From a virus (Duplodnaviria > Caudoviricetes), in IMG/VR virus record IMGVR_UViG_3300010222_000009, positions 1-38,481 of that record: a DNA stretch of 38,481 nt; one strand, 5' to 3'. Below the pieces are notes generated by a model that was given only the letters and a program-made list of their open reading frames with translations, was not told the DNA's origin and did not search any database. The translations under genes and the position numbers were made by a program. Shown here piece after piece: positions 9,427 through 19,264 of this stretch (within the stretch, counting starts at the first letter, position 1; every line of letters starts with the position of its first letter).

Positions 9427-9728
9427 CGGTCGTTGATTGGGAGGATTTGACCGAGGAGCAACGGCGGCAAATCTTCGAATCGGCGGCGGTTCAAGAGGCG
9501 TTCGGATACCGCCTCATTGCCGATGGCATCGAGCATCTCGAACAACAAGATGAGGAGTTGGCCGACCGGATGGTTGATGCAACTCATCAACGGGTAAGCC
9601 GGTTGAACCGCTCAACCGTTGAGGAGGTTCTCGATGCTCATCGGGAGGTCATTAAGGAGCGAACGGCTCCGCTCCCGACCGAGGAGCATGGTTCAACGAA
9701 CAACGATGCGGTTCCAATGGAAAACTAA
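9423..9728 (+). CDS. Hypothetical protein
   Basis: 101 aa acidic; ATGA overlap with upstream gene. Confidence 0.75.
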   Translation: MTVVDWEDLTEEQRRQIFESAAVQEAFGYRLIADGIEHLEQQDEELADRMVDATHQRVSRLNRSTVEEVLDAHREVIKERTAPLPTEEHGSTNNDAVPMEN

Positions 9729-9731
9729 AAA

Positions 9732-10649
9732 ATGACGCAATGGCAACAGCACATGCGCGAGAACGCGGAAAGGTTCCCGGAGTCATCGTTCGATGAATCC
9801 GGCGAGGAAACGCTCAACAACGGGGAGAGAGGTTGCGGCCATCTCAGTGAGGGGAAGGGATACCTCCGCTCCGATGTTGCTGGGGTTGGCGGAACGCTTT
9901 CCCCGATGGTCCAAATCCCCAGCGAGCAACGAATCCCGTTCAAGGAGGAGCATTTCCGAACATGGAAAACGTTTCCCGGAGTTCAATTCGAGTTATCGCT
10001 CATCGAGGAGGCGGCGGGTATCGAGCCCGAGGGAGCCTCTCCGATGGAATACGTCTCCGCTCTCAAATCCGGCGGATGGGATGAGGGGGAACTATGGGAG
10101 CATCTTAAGCGTCTCGCGGGCTCCGCTCATCCGCTCGATGCTGGGATGGGAGGCTCCGACCATTACGGAACGATGCGGGTTGCTCAAGCCAATGATATCA
10201 TCATGTGGGTCGGGGAGACGTATTACCCCCACCCCGAGGATTTCATCTCCGAAACGAAAGAGCGAGGCTTGAACAAGGCCATCTCGATGAGTACCCGGAA
10301 CCCACCGCCGGTCATCAACCCCGGCAAAACGAGGTTGTTCCTCATTCATCCGAAGGGTATCGATAACTACCCGGAGACGGATGAGGAGGAACTCGATGGG
10401 ATGGGCATCGAGGAGGAGGATAGATACACCGCCGCCATCATCGGGTATGCCTACATAACCCGATGCATCTATACCGAGGATGCCGATGGCCGAATCCCGG
10501 ATTACATCGAGCGTTGGGAGGCGGCGGATGACCTCGATGTTGTTTCCCCCGGTCGGGAAATCAGCAGAGAGGAAATGGAGAACGAGAGCATCGAGGGGGC
10601 GGCAGAACAAGCGGAGGCGGCCAGCGATGAGGTGGGGGGAGATGACTAA
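9732..10649 (+). CDS. Hypothetical viral protein (ERGCG motif)
   Basis: 305-aa acidic ORF in tight operon. Confidence 0.8.
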   Translation: MTQWQQHMRENAERFPESSFDESGEETLNNGERGCGHLSEGKGYLRSDVAGVGGTLSPMVQIPSEQRIPFKEEHFRTWKTFPGVQFELSLIEEAAGIEPEGASPMEYVSALKSGGWDEGELWEHLKRLAGSAHPLDAGMGGSDHYGTMRVAQANDIIMWVGETYYPHPEDFISETKERGLNKAISMSTRNPPPVINPGKTRLFLIHPKGIDNYPETDEEELDGMGIEEEDRYTAAIIGYAYITRCIYTEDADGRIPDYIERWEAADDLDVVSPGREISREEMENESIEGAAEQAEAASDEVGGDD

Positions 10650-10893
10650 GGAGTTCGATTCGATGGATATCGAACTCGTTGAGGAGGCTTACAACCATCT
10701 CACGGAGCATTCCCCAGCGAACGCCTCCGCCGCCGCCTCCGACCTCTCGGAAATCATCCATCGGTACGGGGAGGATGACGTTCGGCCCGCCGGGTACTCC
10801 CGCGTTGCCGATGCTGTTGATGCGCTCAAGGAGAGCGAGGTCAAGAGAGCGGAGGAGATACTCAACTCGGTCATCCGGGAGGTAACCACATGA
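10642..10893 (+). CDS. Hypothetical protein
   Basis: MTKEFDS..., overlaps both neighbours, SD-like GAGGTG upstream. Confidence 0.7.
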   Translation: MTKEFDSMDIELVEEAYNHLTEHSPANASAAASDLSEIIHRYGEDDVRPAGYSRVADAVDALKESEVKRAEEILNSVIREVTT

Positions 10894-11489
10894 CCGACCG
10901 GGGCGAGCCGCTGGCGGTTGCGGATGATGCCTCCCTCCGGGAGTTCGTTGAGGCGATGCGAGAGAATGTTGCCGGGATGACCGGAGCGATATTCGGAACC
11001 GATGAGGATGACCTCCGCCTCGCCTCTCTCTCCGCAACGTTCGTTAGCGGCGATGGATACTCCGCCTCATCGAGCATCGATGCCCAATGGTTCGAGGAGG
11101 GGGATTTCGAGCATGGCATTGATGAATATCAACGGTTGGCCGAGGAGTTCGCCAGCAACAACGACCTTGAACCCGATGATGCTCCCTCTCAATGGGATGT
11201 TGTTGAGGAGGAGTTCCGGGAATTGCGGGAGGAGTTCGAGCGGCTCCGGTTTGACCATGTTCCCGAGTTTGGCTCCGATGGCTGGGGGGCCGCCGCCGGG
11301 AACAAGCCGGTCGAACCGCTGGCGGAGGAGATGGCGGATGCCGTCTTTACCATCCATCTCCTCGCTCGGATGCTGGGGGTTGACCTCCGCCGGGAGTTCG
11401 TCGAGAAAGCGGAATACAACCTCGAAAAGAGCGGCGAGCGGGATGAGAACGGCAAAATCATCGATGATGCGGAGGCGAGCGATGACTGA
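10890..11489 (+). CDS. MazG-like nucleotide pyrophosphohydrolase domain protein
   Basis: EEEFRELREE..LAEEMADAVFTIHLLARMLGVDL..EKAEYN all-alpha NTP-PPase signature. Confidence 0.8.
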   Translation: MTDRGEPLAVADDASLREFVEAMRENVAGMTGAIFGTDEDDLRLASLSATFVSGDGYSASSSIDAQWFEEGDFEHGIDEYQRLAEEFASNNDLEPDDAPSQWDVVEEEFRELREEFERLRFDHVPEFGSDGWGAAAGNKPVEPLAEEMADAVFTIHLLARMLGVDLRREFVEKAEYNLEKSGERDENGKIIDDAEASDD

Positions 11490-11814
11490 TAAGGTTCGCC
11501 TCCCCAGCGGCGAGGTCGTTGAGCGGTCGGAGTTAGAGGAGGGAGAGGAATGTACCCGATGCGGCGGGTTCGTTCCGCTCGTTGAGAAAGACGGAACCCT
11601 CAACCGGGATGACCCCCGGATATTCCGGTTCGAGCATGAGGGGATGGCGCTCAACGATGATACAAGCCGCCGGGTACTGTCCCCCCATCGGCTCGGGTAT
11701 CTTTGCCCGGATTGTGAACATGAGTTCCGCTCCGAGTTCCTCGGAGACTCATATGAGGGAACGCATCAACATCCGAACCCGAGCGAAATCAAAGAAAGCG
11801 ATACCGATGAGTGA
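11482..11814 (+). CDS. CxxC Zn-finger protein
   Basis: CTRC and CPDC pairs; overlaps neighbours. Confidence 0.75.
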   Translation: MTDKVRLPSGEVVERSELEEGEECTRCGGFVPLVEKDGTLNRDDPRIFRFEHEGMALNDDTSRRVLSPHRLGYLCPDCEHEFRSEFLGDSYEGTHQHPNPSEIKESDTDE

Positions 11815-13150
11815 ACAACGATACACATACGCAACGATCGGCATCAACGACCAACGAGAGGAGCCGGTCATCGTAACTGGCAAACGAAATGTGTCGTTCG
11901 AGATTGGCGGCGAGGAGTTCGACCGAACGGCAACGCTCCGGCTCCCGGAGCGGATGACCTCCTCGGAGTTCAACCAATGGAAATCGGAATCGGGGGTTGA
12001 CCTCATTGATATCTATTTCCATTGCATCAAGCAAACGCCTCGGAAACCGGAACCGGCTCCCGAGGATGCTGGCGGCGAGGTCGGAGAGGAGGAGCAATCC
12101 GAACTCGTTACCGATGGCGGCTCCGACCAACAACCTGACCTCTCCGCGTTGGAGGAGGGGAACGAGGTTCGAGTATTCTATCGGTCAACCCGCTCGGGGA
12201 ACGAGGTCAAGAGAGAGGGAACCGTCTCCGAGGTCATCCCCTCGGAGGAGAACCGTATCGTTCGGGTTCATACTGAGGAACGAGAGCCGCTTAAACACAT
12301 ATTTCTCTGCATGACCGAGGCGGAGGATAACAGCGGAAAGGAGCGGGTATTCGCTTTCTCCCAAACGGCGGAGCCGGATTCCCTCGGATGGGAGGAGCGC
12401 CATGACCTCGCCCGCCCGGAACTCGGGGAGGTTTATACCCTCCGGTTCGAGGTATCCCGAAACTCATACCTCGGGCCGGTTGACCGCATCGTTAGAACCG
12501 ACCGGGCAACCCCCATCATGATGACCGATGGCGGCGAGGAGGTTTGCCCGTCATGCTGCGAGGAGGGGGAGCGCCCCCCCGGCCTCGGAGAGAATCTCCG
12601 GGCATGCATGAACCTCGAATGCCGGGTTAACGAGTTCGAGGTCAATCGAACGGCAACCGATGGCGGCTCCTCGATGCCTAAGATGGCGCTCGAACATCTC
12701 AAGGAACTCGATGCAACGGATGACAAAATCGGGGAATGGCTCTCCGAAAAGGTCGGGGAACCCATCGGCGGGATGACCGACCTCTATGCCTCCGAGCATT
12801 CAATCCCGGATGCGATGAACGAGGTCGAACTCGGGGAGGGATTCTCCCTGAAAGAGCCGGCATACATCGAACTCCTAACGTTGCTCGATCACGGTCGGGA
12901 GGCGGCGGCATCCGACCCCCCGACTCTCGGAGTTCGCAACCGGCTCCTCATGCAACTCATCTTAGCCAACCCCGAGGCTTACGCTCGCATCCGTAAGGAA
13001 ATGGAGGAGCGGGCAAAGGAGGCTCATGAGGAGATGCAACAGCGAATGAATCAAGAGCGGGAACGCCAGCGGATGACCGAGCGAGCCGCCGACCTCGATG
13101 GCGATGCCGTTGATATCGCGCTCGATGATGAGGAGGATGCCGATGAGTGA
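11807..13150 (+). CDS. Second multi-module protein with three TDGG linkers
   Basis: TDGG at 12110, 12524, 12656; CPSC..CMNLEC module; C-terminal coiled coil. Confidence 0.85.
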   Translation: MSEQRYTYATIGINDQREEPVIVTGKRNVSFEIGGEEFDRTATLRLPERMTSSEFNQWKSESGVDLIDIYFHCIKQTPRKPEPAPEDAGGEVGEEEQSELVTDGGSDQQPDLSALEEGNEVRVFYRSTRSGNEVKREGTVSEVIPSEENRIVRVHTEEREPLKHIFLCMTEAEDNSGKERVFAFSQTAEPDSLGWEERHDLARPELGEVYTLRFEVSRNSYLGPVDRIVRTDRATPIMMTDGGEEVCPSCCEEGERPPGLGENLRACMNLECRVNEFEVNRTATDGGSSMPKMALEHLKELDATDDKIGEWLSEKVGEPIGGMTDLYASEHSIPDAMNEVELGEGFSLKEPAYIELLTLLDHGREAAASDPPTLGVRNRLLMQLILANPEAYARIRKEMEERAKEAHEEMQQRMNQERERQRMTERAADLDGDAVDIALDDEEDADE

Positions 13151-13484
13151 GGATTACGTAACGTTTCCCATTGAGGAGTTTCGCCTCCTCGTTGAACTTG
13201 CTGGAGTTTCGAGGAACCCCCGAACCGGGCCGAGAGCGATTGCCCCGTTCATCGGAGGCTCCGCTCGGGCAATGGCGGCGAGGCGAGCGCATGACCAAGC
13301 GAAAAACGTTCTCCGGGAGGAGGGGGCCGAACCGAGGCATACCCCCGGAATCAATCGGGAGCCAATCGAGGATTGGGTTTGGGAGCGAAAGGGCTTGTTT
13401 GTTGGCTCGCAGTATGAATCCCTTGACGCAATCGTTGATGAAATCATTGCGGCCATTGAGGAGGCGAACGATGGGGGAGCATAA
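13143..13484 (+). CDS. Hypothetical protein
   Basis: MSEDYVTF..., overlapping start, ends NDGGA. Confidence 0.7.
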   Translation: MSEDYVTFPIEEFRLLVELAGVSRNPRTGPRAIAPFIGGSARAMAARRAHDQAKNVLREEGAEPRHTPGINREPIEDWVWERKGLFVGSQYESLDAIVDEIIAAIEEANDGGA

Positions 13485-13734
13485 AATCGAGTTCGATGCT
13501 GGGGAGGTCATCCGGCCCGAGTTCTCCCCGGAGAACGACCTCGTTGCCATCTATGTCTCCGATGAGGGGCTTGAGTCGCTCCGGGAGGCGATTTGCCCCG
13601 ATCAATCCCTGGGTTCGAGCGGAGATGAGAGCCTCGCCGCCCCCGAGATTGGCGGCGAACTCCTTGATGATGGATTGGTTGACCTTGGGATGGTCCGGGT
13701 CCGGTATGAGGTCCGGGTCCCCGAGGAACTATAA
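13471..13734 (+). CDS. Hypothetical protein, last of early operon
   Basis: MGEHKIEF... acidic 87 aa; converges on adhesin gene. Confidence 0.7.
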   Translation: MGEHKIEFDAGEVIRPEFSPENDLVAIYVSDEGLESLREAICPDQSLGSSGDESLAAPEIGGELLDDGLVDLGMVRVRYEVRVPEEL

Positions 13735-13739
13735 GCTCG

Positions 13740-15614
13740 TTACAGGGGGATTGTGTTCCCCGTTATCCCAATTCGGTTAGACTTGCAATGGCCGGTATTG
13801 TACCCAACGACCTCCGCGTTCACACCGTTATTGTCTGTTTCGCCCTCCCAAATGAGAGAGCCATCGGATTCCTTGAACGCTTTGAGGTTCCCGTTATCCT
13901 CCCCGACGTATATGTTACCGTCAACATGAGCCGGGGCGGATGCTGGATATGCAAAGCCGGGGCTACTATTTTCCCAATTTTTCAACCCATCCGCCCGGGC
14001 AATTGAGTAAAGACTCCCATCGGCGCTAGGGATGTATACATATCTATCATAAACCGTGGGGTCGGCGTAAGTCCCGCCGCTCCCGAATGAGAAATCCTTT
14101 GAACCGTCATCCTTGTTCAATTTCACAAGCGTTGTTCCGATCGTTCCGGCAAAAACGGCGGAGCCGGTCACCGCCGGGAAAACCCCTTGTATCGATGAGC
14201 CCGAGAGTGACGTTTGCCAATTGACCGACCCACCGGATGCCGACATACGGGTTACATCGGCTTTTTCCTCCCGAACGACATACAACGAACCGTCATCGTA
14301 TACCGGCGTTTTCGGCTTGCCCGTAAGCTCCTTTTTCCAATTCACATCGCCGTTTGCGGGGTCTAATGCATACACAAAGCCATCATGCGAGCCGACATAT
14401 ACATCCGAGTCCAAGGGCATCGGCGGGGCTTGGATGTTGCCCCCTGTGTCCTTTGTCCATTTGATAGAGCCATCGCTCTCATCAATGGCATACACCCGGC
14501 CCGATTGCGCTCCGGCATACAGCACCCCATCCCGTAACGCAACCCCGGAGTCACAAGCGAAATCGGCGGCGGAACTCCAAAAAACCGAGCCATCGGCTTT
14601 ATCGAGGGCGGTAACTCCCGCCTCTGCCGAATCCCTGTCGGGAACATAGAAATTATCGGAGTCTACGGCCCCGGCGTTTTGGCCCATGTTGGAGATGCCT
14701 GTTTTCCATATCCGGGACCCATCGGAGTCATTGAGTGAGTAGTGTACCCCGCTGGTTTGGCTCACAAACACATCGCCGGTCCCGATCGGCTCTTGCACGG
14801 TTATCGTTGCCGTATCGCTATCATCCGGCGATTTGACCGTTGCCGTATAGTCTCCGGCTGCCTCATCGGAGTCGGTATCCCATTGGAGGTAAATGACCGC
14901 CCTATCCTCCCCTTGTATATAGAGGTCGGGATACCTATCCTCCTCGGTCCCATCGATTTCGAGCCAAACGTCCTTTTGGTCTTCCGCCAACCCGGTATTT
15001 TCTACTGTAACGGTTGCCTCCGCCGTATCTCCTTGGTTGACCGGGGAGTTGGTATCGTCAATATTCACCTCATACGTTGCCGTTTGGCTCCCAACGGTCA
15101 CACTTTCCGTATCGGGGTCATCATCGGAGGATACTTTCGCAGTATAATCTCCCTCATCGCCGCTCGATGTATCCCATAGGAGGGTTGCGTCAAGTGATTC
15201 CCCGGCGTTGAGGGAAATGCCCCTATCCGCATCAACTTGATTGCCATTGATTTCGAGGGTTATGTCTTGGGTCCCGGAGGCGTTGCCGATGTTCTCAACG
15301 GTATAATCAACCTCCAACGTTTCCGTCTCCTCAACCGGGGAATTCGTTGAGATAATCACAATGTCGAAATATGCGGCGTCAACGGCCCCGATGAACGGCT
15401 TTGAATACGCATTGTAGTAATCGGAGCCATCATCGTATTGAGCCGCAACGTGGTACGTATCCGATGCGGAGAGGTTGTTAAAGGAATACTCCCCGTTGGA
15501 GTCGGTCGTTGTGGTCCCGGCGAGGGAGTCTTGCGAATCGTTGATGAGGGTGATTTTGACTCCCTCAACCGGGTCATCGTTGTTATCGGTCACCTTGCCC
15601 CGTATTTCGGCCAT
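13740..15614 (-). CDS. Putative receptor-binding/tail adhesin: Ig-like domain, 2 CARDB-like domains and PQQ-type beta-propeller
   Basis: GKVTD..PVEGVKITL..TTTDSNGEYSF; two TVENxG..W(D)T repeats; repeated G-x-x-x-W propeller blades; last tail gene. Confidence 0.8.
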   Translation of the reverse strand: MAEIRGKVTDNNDDPVEGVKITLINDSQDSLAGTTTTDSNGEYSFNNLSASDTYHVAAQYDDGSDYYNAYSKPFIGAVDAAYFDIVIISTNSPVEETETLEVDYTVENIGNASGTQDITLEINGNQVDADRGISLNAGESLDATLLWDTSSGDEGDYTAKVSSDDDPDTESVTVGSQTATYEVNIDDTNSPVNQGDTAEATVTVENTGLAEDQKDVWLEIDGTEEDRYPDLYIQGEDRAVIYLQWDTDSDEAAGDYTATVKSPDDSDTATITVQEPIGTGDVFVSQTSGVHYSLNDSDGSRIWKTGISNMGQNAGAVDSDNFYVPDRDSAEAGVTALDKADGSVFWSSAADFACDSGVALRDGVLYAGAQSGRVYAIDESDGSIKWTKDTGGNIQAPPMPLDSDVYVGSHDGFVYALDPANGDVNWKKELTGKPKTPVYDDGSLYVVREEKADVTRMSASGGSVNWQTSLSGSSIQGVFPAVTGSAVFAGTIGTTLVKLNKDDGSKDFSFGSGGTYADPTVYDRYVYIPSADGSLYSIARADGLKNWENSSPGFAYPASAPAHVDGNIYVGEDNGNLKAFKESDGSLIWEGETDNNGVNAEVVGYNTGHCKSNRIGITGNTIPL

Positions 15615-15616
15615 TG

Positions 15617-15970
15617 TTATTGATTCACCTTGGTTGTGGTTAGCTCATAATCAAGCTCGAAATCGTTTTCCTTGTTGATTTCCGCATGCGTTATCCGGAT
15701 GGCGAGCCCGGACGTTGAGGAGCGGAGAACGACCTCCCGGAGCGTTTCCCCGTTAGCCTCGCTCAAGCCGATCGTTGCCTCATGCAACGCTTGCCCATCG
15801 CCATCGGTTTGATTGGAGTAACCGCTCCCCTCCGCTTTCGAGATGACCTCGTTGCCGATGCTCGTATCCGTCTCGCTCTCATCGTCCCCATCGGACCCCA
15901 TCGCAATCTCATCAACGAAACTCAAAAAGTCATCTCGGAGTTGATTCCTTACGTTGTTGACGTATACCAT
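15617..15970 (-). CDS. Tail tip/baseplate protein
   Basis: EIAMGSDG..SEANGETLREV pattern; position between hub and adhesin. Confidence 0.6.
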   Translation of the reverse strand: MVYVNNVRNQLRDDFLSFVDEIAMGSDGDDESETDTSIGNEVISKAEGSGYSNQTDGDGQALHEATIGLSEANGETLREVVLRSSTSGLAIRITHAEINKENDFELDYELTTTKVNQ

Positions 15971-15974
15971 TGTG

Positions 15975-17288
15975 TTACCCCCCGCTCGATTTATCGACGA
16001 TTACCTCCGAGTCCCCTTGAACATCCGCCGATTGGAGTTCAAAGTCAACCTCAACCCCACCGGGCGGGGTGTAATCCGTCATTGTGAAATCTACTTGTTG
16101 GCCGTTGGGGGGCGTATAGGGCTCCGCCGCATCGAAATTCCGTTTGGTCACCTTGAGAGTCCATGCGAGGTCAAGCGGATCGGTGAAATCGGCAACCTCA
16201 TCGGCGGCGGCGGCGGAGTCTTGCCCCCGAGCATCGAGGCGGGCAATCTCATCCGATACCTTAACGAGCGTATCGAGAACGCCCTCCTCGTTCTCCGCCA
16301 AGCGGATGTTAGTTGTGTCCTCTTGCCATCGATGCTCGATTTGAGCAACCCGGAACTCCGAGTTTACGTTCCGGTCGGGATACTCAAAGCGGAGGATATC
16401 TCCCGGGGAATACCCGAATTTCTCCCATGTCTCAACGTCATACAAATCGATGATGCCCCGCCGCCGGAGGAGGTCCCTGGCTTTCCGTTTCGCCTGTTCC
16501 TTGCTCGATATCTGCGGGTAGTATTTCGATATCTCGATAACAACGGGGTCATCGGTATCGAGTTTATCCCGGAGGTCATCTTGCGCTTGTTGTTGGGATA
16601 CCTTGACCGCATCCCGGTTATTATCCTCCGCTTTTCCGTAATAGAGGATAAGCTCGAAAATCGCTTGTTTGCCGTTGCTCCGCTCTTGAGCGGTGAAATA
16701 CCTCCCATCGGTTAGGTTGCTCGGAGCCGATGCGTTCCCGGTCGGTTGCATGAAAAACTCATTATCGAGGTTGGCTCCCCAATTCCGGGTATCCGCAACG
16801 TTCGAGCAAAACGTCAAGGCGTCATCGAGTTTTGCCCCCTCGAAAACATGGGAGATGGTCGGGTCTTTGTTGAGGTTGACGTTGGCCCCGCCCGCCCAAT
16901 CAACCGGGGTTAGCGAGGTAACCAAATCCTCAAGGATATACGAGACGGTTTGAGAGTCATACCCCCGATTGACCGTTCTCTCCCGGAGAAACCCATCGAA
17001 CGAGAGGATATCAACCGTTGTTGTATCCCTATCGCCCTCCGGTTGCCCGGCAACGTATCCGGCGAAATTTCGGGAATAGGAGGAGTCGGCGGTCGTTTTT
17101 ACCGAGAGTTCGACCTTAGTGCCATACTCAAACGTCTCATCGAGGTTGCCATCGGGGTCATCGAGCCATAGTTTGCTCTCGTTGGCAAAGCGGTTGAATG
17201 CCCGCTTTACGTATACGTCTTGCAACCGGGATTTATCGAGAGAGTTCCCGAGCGAGGGCCCGTAATCAACTCTCCAATCAACGGACAT
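15975..17288 (-). CDS. Baseplate hub/Tal-like tail protein
   Basis: 437 aa after Dit position; FAGYV, PGDILRF..FRVAQIEHRW C-terminal hub pattern. Confidence 0.7.
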   Translation of the reverse strand: MSVDWRVDYGPSLGNSLDKSRLQDVYVKRAFNRFANESKLWLDDPDGNLDETFEYGTKVELSVKTTADSSYSRNFAGYVAGQPEGDRDTTTVDILSFDGFLRERTVNRGYDSQTVSYILEDLVTSLTPVDWAGGANVNLNKDPTISHVFEGAKLDDALTFCSNVADTRNWGANLDNEFFMQPTGNASAPSNLTDGRYFTAQERSNGKQAIFELILYYGKAEDNNRDAVKVSQQQAQDDLRDKLDTDDPVVIEISKYYPQISSKEQAKRKARDLLRRRGIIDLYDVETWEKFGYSPGDILRFEYPDRNVNSEFRVAQIEHRWQEDTTNIRLAENEEGVLDTLVKVSDEIARLDARGQDSAAAADEVADFTDPLDLAWTLKVTKRNFDAAEPYTPPNGQQVDFTMTDYTPPGGVEVDFELQSADVQGDSEVIVDKSSGG

Positions 17289-17776
17289 TATCTCTCAACC
17301 CCCGGCTTGAACTTGAGCATGTATTCAAACCTCGATACCCCGGCGTTGCTCGGGGGCCGGAATTGGTCAATGTTGACCACCGGCTTAATCCCGTTCTCCC
17401 AATCGATGCCCGATTGCTCGGTTGCCGTATACTCATCATCGCCCTCGTAAAACTCGAACGGCCCGCCCTCCGCAAACATGTAATACTCGATGCGGTTGAC
17501 TTGCATCCTTGGGGTCACCGGAGAGGTCCCAAATGTAGATTCAAGGGCGTCCTTATGCGGCTTGGGTACGTTCCTCGAATCCATAAATATCCCCTGAACG
17601 GTGACCTCATGCTGTATAATGCGGAGGTCCCTAACGATTTCCGTTCTCTGTCTCGGGAGCGGTTGTCCCTTGAGGTCGTTATCGAGAACGGGTCGGACCT
17701 CGAAATTCGGGGCGAAATACGCAACCACCGTGTCGCTCCCGACCTCCTCTAACCGGATTTCGGTATGATCGGACAT
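17288..17776 (-). CDS. Distal tail (Dit)-like protein
   Basis: 162 aa immediately downstream of tape measure; synteny only. Confidence 0.55.
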   Translation of the reverse strand: MSDHTEIRLEEVGSDTVVAYFAPNFEVRPVLDNDLKGQPLPRQRTEIVRDLRIIQHEVTVQGIFMDSRNVPKPHKDALESTFGTSPVTPRMQVNRIEYYMFAEGGPFEFYEGDDEYTATEQSGIDWENGIKPVVNIDQFRPPSNAGVSRFEYMLKFKPGVER

Positions 17777-17778
17777 TG

Positions 17779-19257
17779 TTAGATGTTACTCCTCGAATCG
17801 AATGCGCTCCCTTGCTCTTGGGTTACGTTACGTTGGTCAACCTCAACGGTCCCATCGGCCCGTTGCCGGATGGCATCCCGCTCGAAATTGATTTGTACGG
17901 TCGGGGAGCCGCCTCCGCCGCCGGTCCCGCTCGGGGTTGCTTGCATCGCATTCCCGACCTCGCCGGCCAACCCGGAGAGGGTCCGGCGGAATTGTTGCCG
18001 CCGTTGTCGGGCCCCAGATGCGAACTCCTCAAGCAAGTCGGAGCCCCAACGCCTCGCCTCTCGGTCATTGGCAACCCGGTCGAACGAGATTGCGCTCGAA
18101 ATTATATCCTTGACCCCCCCGACCTTATCCTTGACTTTATCCTTTGCGCTCTCGATGCCATTGCTGAACTTGATCATGAGGTCCTTTCCCCAATTGACGG
18201 GGTTGAGGCTCTCGAAAACGCCCCGGATTTTGCCCCCAACGAAACTTAGCGGCGAGGTAATGATGCCGACCGCCTCCGACCGAATCCAACTCCCGATATC
18301 CTCGAACATCTCGGGGAACATCGAGCCGCCGATGAGCATCTCGTAAATGTTCCCGGCCCAACTCCGGAATACCTCAATAACGTATCCCAAGGCATCCCGG
18401 ATGAGCCCCGGGACCGTCTCGGTAATGAATGAGGCGATGTTGCCGAACGTGTTTTTAACGGAGTTCCATAACGTAGCAATTACCTCTTTCGCCCCCTCAA
18501 TGGCCCCGGAAAAGCCATTCTCAAGGAACCCGATGATGGCCCCCCCGAGAACGGCGAGGAGCGGGAATATCCCGGTGAGCGTTAGGAGCGTAACGATGAA
18601 ATCCGCCAAGGGCCCCCCGATGATGTTGCGGATGCCCTCCCCGAGTCCCTTGACCATATCGAGAACTCCGGTTACCTTGAGAACCCAAACCCCGAGGAGC
18701 CCGAGGATAGCGCCAACGGCGGCGGCGAAAGCGAGGGAGCCGGAGATGAACCCCCAAATGGCTCCGAGGGCCTTGCTCCCGAGCGTTGCAACGAACGTCC
18801 CCGAGATGATGGTTTCGAGTCCGGCGAGGAGAACCGCAAGCCCCCCCAATACCCCGCCGATGCCGATGATGGCGGAGGTCGTTTTACGTATTGGGTCCGG
18901 GAGGTCCCGGTATTTATCGGCGGCATCGAGGGCGAGGTTCCCGGCCCCCTCCAAAGCGGGGGCCAAATCCTCCCCGATTTGCATTGCGAGGAGCGAGAAC
19001 CCGAGCCGAACGGTTGAGAGCTCGGCGGAGAGGGTCGGGGAATTCGAGATGATGGCTCCCATCGCCGCCGCCGTTGCCGCTCCGATGCCGATGAGAGCGG
19101 CCCGATGGCGTTGCATCCATCTCGATATTGTTCCCGATTCTTGACGGGCCGTTTTCGCCGTTTCCTTGATTGAGGAACGAACTCCCTCATCGGCTTTTTG
19201 AGCGGCTTTCGCTCCTCGGGTTGCATACTTGATTGTTACGTCGGAGACGGTTGCCAT
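17779..19257 (-). CDS. Tape measure protein (short, 492 aa)
   Basis: Ala/Gly/Ile-rich helical protein with hydrophobic stretches after chaperone genes. Confidence 0.85.
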   Translation of the reverse strand: MATVSDVTIKYATRGAKAAQKADEGVRSSIKETAKTARQESGTISRWMQRHRAALIGIGAATAAAMGAIISNSPTLSAELSTVRLGFSLLAMQIGEDLAPALEGAGNLALDAADKYRDLPDPIRKTTSAIIGIGGVLGGLAVLLAGLETIISGTFVATLGSKALGAIWGFISGSLAFAAAVGAILGLLGVWVLKVTGVLDMVKGLGEGIRNIIGGPLADFIVTLLTLTGIFPLLAVLGGAIIGFLENGFSGAIEGAKEVIATLWNSVKNTFGNIASFITETVPGLIRDALGYVIEVFRSWAGNIYEMLIGGSMFPEMFEDIGSWIRSEAVGIITSPLSFVGGKIRGVFESLNPVNWGKDLMIKFSNGIESAKDKVKDKVGGVKDIISSAISFDRVANDREARRWGSDLLEEFASGARQRRQQFRRTLSGLAGEVGNAMQATPSGTGGGGGSPTVQINFERDAIRQRADGTVEVDQRNVTQEQGSAFDSRSNI

Positions 19258-19264
19258 CGGTTAG

